Shown in pieces: positions 53,101-64,000 of a DNA stretch of 64,000 nt (position 1 is the first letter of the stretch; each line of letters begins with the position of its first letter). A program made the position numbers and the translations under genes. The stretch lies in assembly GCF_006345805.1 (NCBI RefSeq), contig NC_043014.1, forward strand, positions 12,958,001 to 13,022,000, written 5' to 3'. The DNA is from Octopus sinensis. Its lineage: Eukaryota. The notes under the pieces were generated by a model. It ran no database searches and was not told the origin of the DNA. It saw nothing but the letters and a program-made list of their open reading frames with translations.

Positions 53101-56100
53101 ACTTAAAAATATGTGCTGGGGTTCGTGTATGATTGTATCTTTCTTTCTATCTTCACTGTTTATATGACACCTGATGCCTTTTATGCCCAGTTTTTCTTTA
53201 AAGACATTTGTCGTACTTGGACACTGATATGGCATATCTAGTGGAGCTTGTTGGCCTTATTTCTTCCCAGTCTTCGAATGTTTTCTGCATTCATAGTTCA
53301 AATTTCACAACCACACAGCATTGCTGTTTGTACATCATCATCATCGTTTAACGTCCGTTTTCTGCGCCAGCATGGGTCGGACAGTTCGACCGGGGTCTGG
53401 GAAGCCAGGAGGCTGCACCAGGCTCCAGTCTGATCTGGCAGTGTTTCTACAGCTGAATGCCCTTCCTAACGCCAACCACTCTGCGAGTGTAGTGGGTGCT
53501 TTTTACGTGCCACCGGCACAGGTGCCAGGGGAGTCTGGCAGCGGCCACGATCGGTTGGTGCTTTTAACGTGCCACCGGCACGGAAGCCAGTCAAGGTGGC
53601 GCAGGCATCGGCCATGTTCGGATGGTGCTTTTTACGTGCCACTGGCACAGAAGCCAGTCGAGGCGCCGCTGGCATTGGCCACGTTCGGATGGTGCTTTTT
53701 ATGTGCCACCGGCACAGGTATCACAACTACTATTTCCATTGATATTTATTTTGCGTACAATTTCACTGTTTGCTGTTAATGGAACCATTTATGATAGAGA
53801 CCATAAGTAACCCATTCTCTGGTTCCAACCTTGCCTCATTGGCTGCAAAACTGAGAATCATCACTTGTAATGCAGAAGAAAGAAAGATAAACAATTACAG
53901 GATCCTGACTGGCTGCTATCAGTTTGTGCCAGTTGCTGTCAAGACCTCAGGTGTTCTTGAACCCTGCACTGCAAAATTGGAATAACTGCAGCCCATCTGA
54001 GAATTAAGCCCCAAGTTAGGTGTGCTGTTGCAGTGAGTTTCCTTCATAAGGTAGTCCTGGGTCTTTCTTTTGATGGGCTTTTTTCAGTTTCCACCTGCCA
54101 AATTCACTTGCAAGGCTTTGGTCGGTGGGATTGAACCTGAAACCTTGTGCAGTCTCACTGCATAGCACCTTCTGCAAGTGTCTTCTACTAAAGCCCTGTA
54201 ACAGGATCTAGATTCGGTATCACTGGAGGGGTGTCCTATCTGATCTCGTCACATTCAATTTTAGTTAAAATAACAGACAAGTCAGGCGATCTACGAACAC
54301 AGCAAAAATGTTGTTTATTTCTCGTCGTAATGTAGAACTGGTGTACGTGTTCTCTGGAGGGAAACCGACAGCCGAATCTGTAGTACGGATTCTTGTTTGT
54401 TAGTCGAAATGATTCGTCATGGTTCGCTGCTTGGTTGGTATGAAGTCTTCAGAGACTGCCAGTACACGTCTGTTCTCGAGTGCTGCTAGGGCCAGAAAGG
54501 CAGAATGAGCGAACCGCGTTTTAGAGGTCAGTTTCCCGCACATGCGCATGGGGAAGACTTCCAGTAGCCAACTGGAAGTAATCCCATTCTGCGCATGTGC
54601 GCTGAACCTTACACAGCAGCATCACTACAGCTCCAACAATATGGCTACACAGGAGTAGACTCTTTTTAAAAGAAGATTGGACTATAATTAGTCTACTATT
54701 GATTAGGAGACTAGGAGATAAGGCGGCGAGCTGGTAGAAACGTTAGCACGCCGGGCGAAATTCGTAGCCGTATTTCGTCTGTCGTTACGTTCCAAGTTCA
54801 AATTCCGCCGAGGTCAACTTTGCCTTTCATCCTTTTGGGGTCAATAAATTAAGTACCAGTTACGCACTGGGGGTCAATGTAATCGACTTAATCCGTTTGT
54901 CTGTCCTTGTTTGTCCTCTCTGTGTTTAGCCCCTTGTGGGTAGTAAAGAAATATATTGATTAGGAGACTAATCATAGTTAGTAGACTAACCATTGATTAG
55001 TCTACTAACCAATTGCTCTCTAGGTTTCCCTTGCGTACCTCATCAGCCAATCATATGCATTAAGCTGAAGTATATGACTCGGTACCACCTCCACTACCAT
55101 CATCATCATCAGCAGCAGCAGCATTAAACTAGTTGTATTTGGCTCAAATACTCTACCTGTTTTATTTTCAAAAGAGCCAGATCTGACCTCTTACACCTAC
55201 CCTACATTGTCATTCTAAAAAGTAAACATTCGCATCATCAAAGTCGCAAAGTTTAGAGACAATGCATGATTAATTCAAAACAGTGTGAATAAATAAACAT
55301 TACATTCATAGTAAATATGAATGCTAAAGGGTTAAGCCACAAAAGGTAAACTTAACCCTTTTAACCCTTTCGCATTTAAACCAGTCATATCCGGCCCAAT
55401 TATTGTACCAGTTTTATGTTCAGACCAGACAGATCTGGCCTCTCACATGTACCCTACAATGTCAGTCTAAACATACACCATCACATCATCAAAATCTTAA
55501 AGCTAAGAGATAACGAATTATTAATTGAAGACAATTACATTTGACAAAGCAATTTGAATGCTAAAGGGTTGTAAAAATTAACACTTCCTTCTCCAAGCCT
55601 AGATTTGAAACCGAATCTAAGAATTCTCGGTTGTCCAAACCACCACAATCAACAAGCGTGAAAAAAGGTTTTCTTTGTCCTGTCAAAAAGTGATTGACCA
55701 TCTCCCTTTGACCTACGACCTCAGCCATGTTAGGCGAAGTTCAAATGAACAGGAGCTGACCTATTTAGGTACAAGCTCTGCTGCAGTATGTCTCTCCTTC
55801 TAGCTGCCACGATTATTATAAATACGGTGGTCAACAGACAGACCAGGAGGAAGAATGGTCTAGCAGGCAAACGAGCAAGGTCTACGACACGTCATGTTTT
55901 GAATGACCGTAGAGACTCGAGAGAATTGTTCGAAGTTCCACGGAAGACTAATGTCTCAGATGAACTACACACACACAAATATATTCATTTCTGATACATC
56001 ACTTCCACAGATGTACCCTGTTTCTATTTCTAGCAACTCTTGGCAGTTGTCAACATTTTGCATGTAGTGAAGAATTGTGTGTACCAACGACAAATGAGTC

Positions 56101-59100
56101 CAGTGAATAAATTATTTTTAACTATGAATCGATTCACTCATTTGTTTACTTCAAAGACATACACATGCCTTTTGCATCTGTTCACCTGGTACACACACAT
56201 AACGACTACAGGGTTAATTGATGTAAATCAAATAAATATGAGGTAGCCAACTGGATTTGATACAATCAAGTCAGTGACTTACTTCAGTGAAAAAGTAAGT
56301 TGAAGAACTATTGTTCCTTTTGTGTTTTGCTCTAAAAGTTTTCTGGTTTATATTTTTGTTCAGTTCTTCCGCAAAAAATTTGAAGATCAAATGAACAAAA
56401 CAAGTTGCCTTGAGGATGAACTTGAAAAGCAGAAAGGTAAGAGCCTCGGATTTTCTCTGATTTCTGTTATGCTGTTTTTAACATTTTGTGACTTGACCGT
56501 TCATATTTGACTTTTGACCATCATCACAATCATCAGATAATCATCATCATCATCATCATCGTTTAGCATCCGCTTTCCATGCTGGCATGGGTGGGACGGT
56601 ACAACTGGGGTCTGGGAAACCAGAAGGCTGCACCAGGCCCAGTCTGATCTGGCAATGTTTCTATGGCTGGATGCCCTTCCTAACGCCAACCACTCCGTGA
56701 GTGTAGTGGGTGCTTTTTACGTGCCACCGGCACAGGTGCCAGACGAGGCTGGCAAACGGCCACGATCGGATGGTGCTTTTTACACACAAACTTGTGTGTG
56801 TATATATGTTTCCCTGGCTGTACCTTGCCAAAGTGGAGCCCATAACTATGCAGGGCATGCTCATCACTCCATAAGGGATTTTCAAAATAGCCACAGACCC
56901 AACTCACTCACACTTGTGCTTGTGTGTGTGTGTATGTGTGTTTGAGAGTGTAAAAGCATGTGAATGCCTTTATTCTTTTATTTGTTTCAGTCATTTGACT
57001 GCGACCAGCAGGCAGAGCAGTTGGTATCTTTCTCAACTGTGCCCCACATAGAGTAATCCATGGGATTACAATTGGATGTAATTAGGAGACCAGAAATTAG
57101 AGCTGGTGAAGCCATAGAACTTCTCTGTTAACCATTTCTGATTCTTTCCAGAGATATAGCAAAAAGCCGAATCCTGCTGTTACATATATGACCTTCCAGC
57201 AGCAACATTCCCCAGCCAAGCTTTGACCACAGTCCCCAACAGCTTCACATAGCCCTCTGATTTGAGCCTAAGGCGCTGTTGAAAAATGTGGGGCAGCATG
57301 ATGTCACCGTCACTGAAGACAAATCCAAAAACCATCATAGTTTGGGGCAACTTGGTTTTCATGATGTTCATATCATGTCTTACAGTCTTTGTCATGTGCA
57401 CAAAGCTTTTAGCAGCAGTCATGATGTTGGCATTTTGATAGCCAGTATGAATCATTGGTGTTCCTTTGGCATGTGGTCTACAAGGAAGATTACTCTAAGT
57501 TACTTTTTAGTTTGCTTTTCAATTTCTAAAATCCCTTAACCCTTTCATTACCGTATTTATTTTGAGATGCTCTGTGTTTCTTTCAATTACTTTAAATATA
57601 ACAAAGAATTTAGTAAAATAACTTAGTTATCATTAAGCTAGTGTTAGGAATGTAAATTGTGACTAAGGCTTGGTGGAAGATTTTAATTCAAAACTTATGA
57701 AAACAAGACATTTTACCACATAGCCAGAGCCAGTTTTGGCCAGGTTAGTAACAAAAGGGTTAAGATGTTGGCTAAAGTTTTTACAATGTGATCAACAATG
57801 AGCTGAAGGTAGTTGCATTTTTACAAGAAACCAGCACTAAATTCACATCATTTCTTAAGAAAAAAAAACCTACCACATTGCTGTGTGATCTACAATTTAA
57901 AGGAAATTACCTTAGGTCAGATTTTAGTTTACTTTGTGTTAGTCCTGCTCTCCGGGTGATCTACGTGAGCAAATTTACTTTGGTGGGTGATTTACGTGCT
58001 TATTTTAATTATTATATGGTTTTCTTATTAGATTAGTAAGAATTTTGAAAAAAATGCATTTACAATGTTATGTCTGTACAAAATAATTTACAATCCCAGT
58101 CAATGCAACTTTTTTATTGGCGTAGGAGTGGCTGTGTGGTGAGTAGCTTGCTTACGAACCACATGGCCAAGGTTCCACACAGTGGGACTGAACCCAGAAC
58201 CAAGTGTCTTTTACTATAGCCTCAGGCTGACCAAAGCCTTGTGAGTGGATTTGGTAAACGGAAACTGAAAGTAGCCTGTTGTCTATATATATACACACAC
58301 ATATATGTATGTATGTGTGTGTGTATATGTTTTTGTGTCTGTGTTTGTCCCGCCAGCATCGCTTGACAACCGACGCTGGTGTGTTTACGTCCCCGTAACT
58401 TTGTGGTTTGCAAAAGAGACCGACAGAATAAGTACTAGGCTTACAAAGAATAAGTCTTGGGGCGATTTGCTCGACTAAAGGCGGTGCTCCAGCATGGCCA
58501 CAGTCAAATGACCGAAACAAAGTAAAAGAATAAAGTAACCTAAAGTATACAACCTTGTGGATCACACACCAAAGGAGCACCAAATTATCATTATCTGGGT
58601 AATTCATCTCAATTGAAGGAGAGATAGCCGGACGAGATAGTGAAGATGCCGACGACCGCTCGGTTCAAAGTTTCCCTTGACCACAAGTGGCCTGAACTCT
58701 TTACATGAACACCACCCTGTACATAACTCCATGTCCCCCTACATGGCCTTGCTTTTTGCTTTTTGAGCCAAAAAATTAACTAACTAACTCTTTTCCAATA
58801 TTCAGATGGCTTCCAGTTGTCCGTGTCACTAACTTATTCTCAACTATAAACCTTAATCTTTATGCTTTCCAATGCCTTTAACTGTTCACCAATACATCAA
58901 GCTGTTTCTGTAAACATGAGACATAAAAGAAAAAAAAAATCATCCAATTTAGCCTGAACATTCTGTACATAGCAATAATAAATCTCTGAACGAGATGTAA
59001 ACAGTAACCGCTTGGCAATGTAAAGTATAATAGCCATCTCAATATGGCTAACCACAAAGGGTGGGTGTTACTGAAGCTTTTAGCCCCAGGAGATCGCAGA

Positions 59101-60765
59101 TAGTGTGCCTAAAGCCAGCTGGAGACGATGATCTCCTGGGGCTAAAAGCTTCAGTAACACTTACCCTTTGTGGTTAGCCATATTGAGATGGCTATTATAC
59201 TTTACATTCTGTACATACAATCCCAAATATCATACACATGTATATTTATATATCTACAGAGATGTGTACACTTCCCAGTGACAGCCATCTTTCCAGCAAA
59301 TCTAACATCCATGAATGTAGTAATTGTGCTGCAATGGCAAATCAAATAAGAGAAGCTGAACAAAAGCAATGTCATGTGATCACGGTGAGATTTTATTGTC
59401 CTTTTTTTCTTTCTTTCTTTTCTCTTTCAGACTTATGACTTTTGTTCTCTTTCTTGCTCTTTTACTCATTTTTCACTTTTTCTGTCTATCTCAATTTTCC
59501 TGTTTCTCTTTTTCTTTCTATATTTTTTTTGTTATTTTTTTTTGTGGGGTGGTGACATAATGAATCCTTATTTAAATAAATAAATGTATTTATTCAGTTT
59601 TTATTGAACATTATTGAATAAATGTTATTGAATCATCATCATCATCATCGTTTAACGTCCGTTCTCCATGCTAGCATGGGTTGGACGGTTTCACCAGGGA
59701 TCTGGGAAGCCAGGAGGCTGCACCAGGCTCCGGTCTGATCTGGTAGTGTTTCTACAGCTGGATGCCCTTCCTAACGCCAACCACTCCACGAGTGTAGTGG
59801 GTGCTTTTTACGTGCCACCTGCACAGGTGCCAGTCGAGGCTGGCAATGACCACGATCGAATTGGTGCATTTTACGTGCCACCGGCACGGAAGCCAGTCAA
59901 GGCGGCACTGGCATCGGCCACAATTCGGATAGCGCTTTTTACGTGCCACCGGCACGGAAGCCAGTCTAGGCGGCGCTGGCATCGGCCACGTTCAGATGGT
60001 GCTTTTTATGTGCCACCGGCTCAGGGATCACAACTGCAGTTTCCATTGATTTTGATGTCGGTGTACTTGACTCAATGAATCTCCTCAAGCACAGGGTCGA
60101 AATGGTGTTTCTTCACTTGCCACCTGCACAGGAGTCAGTCCAGCGGTCCTGGCAACTGTTGGGTGCCAGTCATAGGATTGGTTCAATTTCGATTTCGATT
60201 TCACGTATTTATATTTATGAATTTACTTATTCAGAGCTCAAAAGTTCAGTCACTTCTCTGAGTTTCCTTACCCAACCAAATCCTTCACCTACACCCCACC
60301 CCGCCCATCTCAAAACATAGATAGATACCCCCTCCCATCCTTCTGCTTAACTTCACCGCCCACCCTATGGAACCACATTCCACCTGGCTCCTCATCCCTA
60401 ATCCCCTAACCCATTTTATTTTCTCCAACCACTTTTTCTCATTCATTCCTTTATTTTTCTGTAATATTTTCCTTCTCTGATGAAGGACCTTACATCTGAA
60501 ACATCAAGACTCTTTCTGTTCCTTGTAAGTGTTAAACTAATGCAATATTTGTTAAAATGTGTCCCTTCTATGTTGCCTTCCTTTTTCTTCATTGTGTTCA
60601 TAGGCGCAGGAGTGGCTGTGTGGTAAGTAGCTTGCTAACCAACCACATGGTTCTGGGTTCAGTCCCATTGCGTGGCACCTTGGGCAAGTGTCTTCTACTA
60701 TAGCCTCGGGCTGACCAAAGCCTTGTGAGTGGATTTGGTAGACGGTAACTGAAAGAAGCCCGTCG

Positions 60766-60803
<38 letters not shown>

Positions 60804-63182
60804 CGTGTGTTTGTGTGTCTGTGTTTGTCCCCCTAGCTTTGCTTGACAACTGATGCTGGTGTGTTTATGTCCCTGTCACTTAGCGGTTCGGCAAAAGAGA
60901 CCGATAGAATAAGTACTGGGCTTACAAAGAATAAGTCCCGGGGTCGAGTTGCTCGATTAAAGGCGGTGCTCCAGCATGGCTGCAGTCAAATGACTGAAAC
61001 AAGTAAAAGAGTAAAAGAGAGAGTATTGCTTTCATAATATATAAAAACATGCGGATACCAACAGGGTACCCGGTGTTCCCTGTTGTTGGCTAATTTCTTG
61101 AAAGATCATGATTATTCTGTATAAATGTATTTCTTCTTGAAACGACATTTATTAACTTGCAACAATGTTCCTCTTCATTCTTAATACATTACTGCAGATT
61201 TGGTTGTGAATATGTTAATTGCTGTTGTATTTCATCTTCAGAGAACACCTTCACCTTTCAGCACACACACACACACACACACATTCAAACGTTTACTGAG
61301 ACAATGTTTTTCTCTTCCTCTTTAGTGTTTACAAACTGAGATTAAGAATTTTACGTCCGAAATCGAAGAACTCAGCAAGGAAAATGGCCTTTTTAAAGAA
61401 ACTATACACAAACTGCAAACAGAGACGATGAGTGAAAAACAAAGTAAGCTTCCATTCTGTCTTCTATGAAAGTCATAGAATTGGTTTCTTCAGGATTTTT
61501 TATGCTATTTTGATGTATCTTGGAAATAAGTGTCAGAACTCTTAGTATTTTCTTGAGAGCAAAAGCAACTCCTCATCTCCTTTTCAGATTTGCTGCTGCT
61601 GCTGCTTCTTATTATTTTGTTGTTGTTGTCTTTGTGCATGAAAGGGAGTTTGTGTGACTGTCATTGTTGTTACTAAACTCTGGATTAGTTTCATTAGTAA
61701 TCCTTAAGATCAGTGGCATTTCTTGTGTAAAAATTTGCATCTTTTATTCAGACAAAACAAAATGTATCCATCATCATCATCATCATCATCAGACTCCGAT
61801 CTGATCTGGCAGAGTTTCTACAGCTGAATGCCCTTCCTAATGCCAACCACTCCGAGAGTGTAGTGGGTGCTTTTATGTGCCACCAGCACGAGGGCCAGTC
61901 AGTTGGTACTGGCAGCGGCCACTCTCAAACGGACACGAGCGGATGGTGCTTTTACGTGCCACTGGCACGGGGGCCAGGCGAGGCTGGCAACGGACACGAA
62001 CGAATGGTGCTTTTACGTGCCACCGGCACGGGGGCCAGATCGGGCAACGGCCACGATCGGGCAAAGAAAATGGATAGATGGATGAAGCTCAAGTCCAATG
62101 TGCTTTTTTATCTTTCTATCTTTTAAAACATCCAAATAAAATTGGGTAGACAAAAACTGCATGCATTGTGTTTATAATGTTATACTGTCACACTGAGTTT
62201 GTATATTATCGTTTTCCTTAACCCTTCAGCATTCAAACTGGCCAGATTTTGGTCTGACCAAAGTATCTTACCTATTTTATGTTCAGACTGACCAGTCTCA
62301 GCCTCTCGCACCTACCCTACAATGTCATTCTCAGAATAAAACAATCACATTGTTGAAATCTTGAAGATACAAGATAATCCATCATCATCATCGTTTAACG
62401 TCCGTTTTCCGTGCTAGCACGGGTTGGACGGTTTGACTGGGGTCTGGGAAGCCAGGAGGCTGCACCAGGCTCCAGTCTGATCTGGCAGTGTTTCTACAGC
62501 TGGATGCCCTTCTTAACGCCAACCACTCCGCGAGTGTAGTGGGTGCTTTTTACGTCCCACCGGCACAGGTGCCAGGGGAGTCTGGCAGCGGCCACAATCG
62601 GTTGGTGCTTTTAACGTGCCACCAGCACGGAAGCCAGTCAAGGCGGAGCTGGCAAAAGAAAATTCCAAACCACATGACATGTCTGTACCTGACTGAAATT
62701 GGTTTTTTTTTCTTCTTCTCTCTTTGTTTTTGTAGGTTATTCTATATTTAGCTACATGGTTTCGGGTTCAGTCCCACTGCGTGGCACTTTGGGTAGGTGT
62801 CTTCTGCTATAGCCCCGAGCCGACTGAAGCTTTGTGATTGAATTCGGCAGGCAGAAGTTACTGCCGTGTGTGTACATGTACGTGTAGGTGCTTGTGCCTC
62901 TCCCAAAGAGAGAGAGAGAGAGGGGTTTCTATTCTTAATTCTAGTTTTTTATTTTTTTATTCTTAATTCTTCCTCCAATGTAATACTTATACTAATTTCA
63001 TTCTTTCTATTTATTATTTTTTTTTATTCTGTTCAAGATTGTACTACCAATATGGAATCAAAAGGCAAAGGTGTGAATACAGATGATGTAGAAGATCTGA
63101 GGAAGCAATTATCCGATAAGTTCATGAGTTTAGCACGGGCTGAAGCCACGAACAAAATTTCTAAATTACACTTCAGCAAACT
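43658..63182 (+). CDS. Uncharacterised long coiled-coil protein, partial at both ends; join(<43658..45122,48867..48963,50372..50499,52627..52704,56364..56436,59260..59384,61326..61443,63038..63182>)
   Basis: Eight exons with AG/GT sites and fully compatible phases (0,1,0,0,1,0,1,2); E/K/L-rich heptad sequence throughout; no orthologue recognised. Confidence 0.82.
43663..44690 (+). repeat. 105-bp coding minisatellite
   Basis: Unit starts at 43663, 43768, 43873, 43978, 44082, 44187, 44292, 44397, 44502 and 44607. Confidence 0.97.
45819..46903 (+). mobile_element. RTE-clade LINE, 5'-truncated (ORF C-terminus, 3' UTR, (ATG)n tail)
   Basis: KGRLYDACVRTAMLHGSETW...RRLRWYGHVVRM...GRGRPRKTW...RDRDLWK*; UTR with ~55-bp subrepeats. 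Confidence 0.93.
48210..48675. mobile_element. MITE with ~50-bp TIRs nested in a MITE A copy
   Basis: ggcgatgtttcgtttgtcgtagcacacgtttccatcgatttccgtaaaaa versus tttttacggaaatcgacggaaacatgtgctacgacaaccgaaacttcgcc. Confidence 0.75.
48867..48963 (+). CDS. Coiled-coil gene exon (LHVTPGSNNESM...STIQKP)
   Basis: ttttag acceptor, gtaagg donor; 97 nt, phase 0-1. Confidence 0.75.
50372..50499 (+). CDS. Coiled-coil gene exon (NSGVYNDS...NIQEKTEM)
   Basis: ttaacag acceptor, gtaagt donor; 128 nt, phase 1-0. Confidence 0.82.
52627..52704 (+). CDS. Coiled-coil gene exon (LKKLKREK...KAEKAE)
   Basis: ttctag acceptor, gtaagt donor; 78 nt, phase 0-0. Confidence 0.82.
53800..53990 (+). mobile_element. Possible restriction-like endonuclease fragment of a CRE/NeSL-type non-LTR element
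   Basis: AEERKINNY...YQFVPVAVKTSGV resembles the K..KY...F.P.A.ET.G motif. Confidence 0.45.
54197..54629 (-). mobile_element. Probable solo LTR (433 bp)
   Basis: TGTA...TACA termini; AATAAA on the minus strand; imperfect 4-bp flanks gccc/gctc; CpG-rich. Confidence 0.6.
54722..54953 (+). mobile_element. Monomeric Nin/Deu-domain SINE with 17-bp TSD
   Basis: TSD tattgattaggagacta at 54697-54713 and 54954-54970. Confidence 0.9.
56364..56436 (+). CDS. Coiled-coil gene exon (FFRKKFEDQM...ELEKQK)
   Basis: gttcag acceptor, gtaaga donor; 73 nt, phase 0-1. Confidence 0.82.
57180..57460 (-). mobile_element. Tc1/mariner (maT-like) transposase fragment
   Basis: MVFGFVFSDGDIMLPHIF...LRLKSEGYVKLL, homologous to the 8138 element. 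Confidence 0.75.
58620..59095 (+). mobile_element. CR1/L2-like LINE 3' end
   Basis: PDEIVKMPTTARFKVSLDHKW.. ORF end followed by UTR. Confidence 0.55.
59017..59208. repeat. 79-bp inverted repeat with a 34-nt loop
   Basis: 59017-59095 is the reverse complement of 59130-59208 with 2 mismatches. Confidence 0.95.
59260..59384 (+). CDS. Coiled-coil gene exon (EMCTLPSD...HECSNCAAMANQ...CHVIT)
   Basis: ctacag acceptor, gtgaga donor; 125 nt, phase 1-0. Confidence 0.8.
61326..61443 (+). CDS. Coiled-coil gene exon (CLQTEIKNF...TMSEKQ)
   Basis: ctctttag acceptor, gtaagc donor; 118 nt, phase 0-1. Confidence 0.82.
63038..63182 (+). CDS. Coiled-coil gene exon (CTTNMESK...DLRKQLSDKFMSLARAEATNKISKLHFSK)
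   Basis: ttcaag acceptor, gtaagt donor; 145 nt, phase 1-2; the gene continues past the window. Confidence 0.82.
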
Positions 63183-63431
63183 GTAAGTATTTTTTGGTTT
63201 ATTCTGTCTGTTGTAGTATACTCTTTTTCTTGTTTCAGTCATTTGACTGCGGCCATGCTGGAGCACCGCCTTTAATCGACCAACTCGACCCCGGGACTTA
63301 TTCTTTTATAAGCCCTGTACTTATTCTATCGGTCTCTTTTGCCGAACCGCTAAGTAACGGGGACATAAACATACCAGCATCGGTTGTCAAGCAATGCTAG
63401 GGGGACAAACACAAACACACAAACACACACA

Positions 63432-63477
<46 letters not shown>

Positions 63478-64000
63478 TACGATGGGCTTCTTTCAGTTTC
63501 CATCTGCTAAATCCACTCACAAGGCTTTGGTCGGCCCGAGGCTATAGTAGAAGACACTTGCCCAAGGTGCCACGCTGTGGGACTGAACCCGGAACCATGT
63601 GGTTGGTAAACAAGCTACTTACCACACAGCCACTCCTGCGCCTGTATGTTTGTTATTTGTTTTTTAATCTCAAATAAAATTTGTGTCTGTGGAAATTCCT
63701 TTTTCATCATCATCATCATCATCAGTATATTGTTTTAATGATCATCACCGTCATTGTTTAACGTCTGTTTTCCATGCATACTTTGGTAGGACGGTTGACA
63801 GGAGCTGAGCAGGTAGAAGACTACCCCAGGCCACTGTATCTGGTTTGCCTTTCCTGGCACCAATCACTCTGAAGAGTGGACCGAGTGCTTTTTATGTGGC
63901 ACCAGCACAGGTGAGGTCAGTTTTGGCAGGATTTTTACAGATGGGTGCTTTTTCCAAAATGCCAACCACTTCACAATGTGGCCTGGATGCTTTCTACACG

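Noticed and set aside
55676-56055. Second solo LTR
   Set aside because: It is LTR-like in composition, but the termini are poorly inverted and there is no TSD.

Overview
AT-rich, microsatellite-dense eukaryotic DNA. The repeat content (tRNA-headed SINEs, Nin/Deu-domain SINE, (TA)n/(CA)n everywhere) points to an octopus/cephalopod genome; this is an inference. Two intron-rich genes lie on the + strand. (1) The 3' eight exons of the mRNA cap guanine-N7 methyltransferase RNMT (981-17996), with GT-AG junctions in compatible phase and an extra acidic C-terminal tail. (2) An unidentified long coiled-coil protein (visible 43658 to beyond 63182). Its large exon holds at least 10 tandem 105-bp (35-aa, five-heptad) units with one 1-bp frameshift, directly after a 100-N gap. 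Between the genes is a nested transposon field: Tx1/L1 LINE with a 15-bp TSD, RTE and CR1 fragments, Ty3/Gypsy remnant, piggyBac transposase remnant, pogo-, Merlin- and piggyBac-type MITEs, Helitrons and several SINE families. The most unusual signal is a twice-repeated composite at 39.9-40.8 kb and 43.1-43.6 kb: 28S rRNA fragment / shared module / (TA)n / near-full-length U6 snRNA / tRNA-SINE. One copy also carries a minimal hammerhead-like motif. Also notable are a five-body SINE multimer inside one TSD and several long inverted repeats next to exons that could form dsRNA. All alignments were done by eye, so repeat boundaries are approximate.
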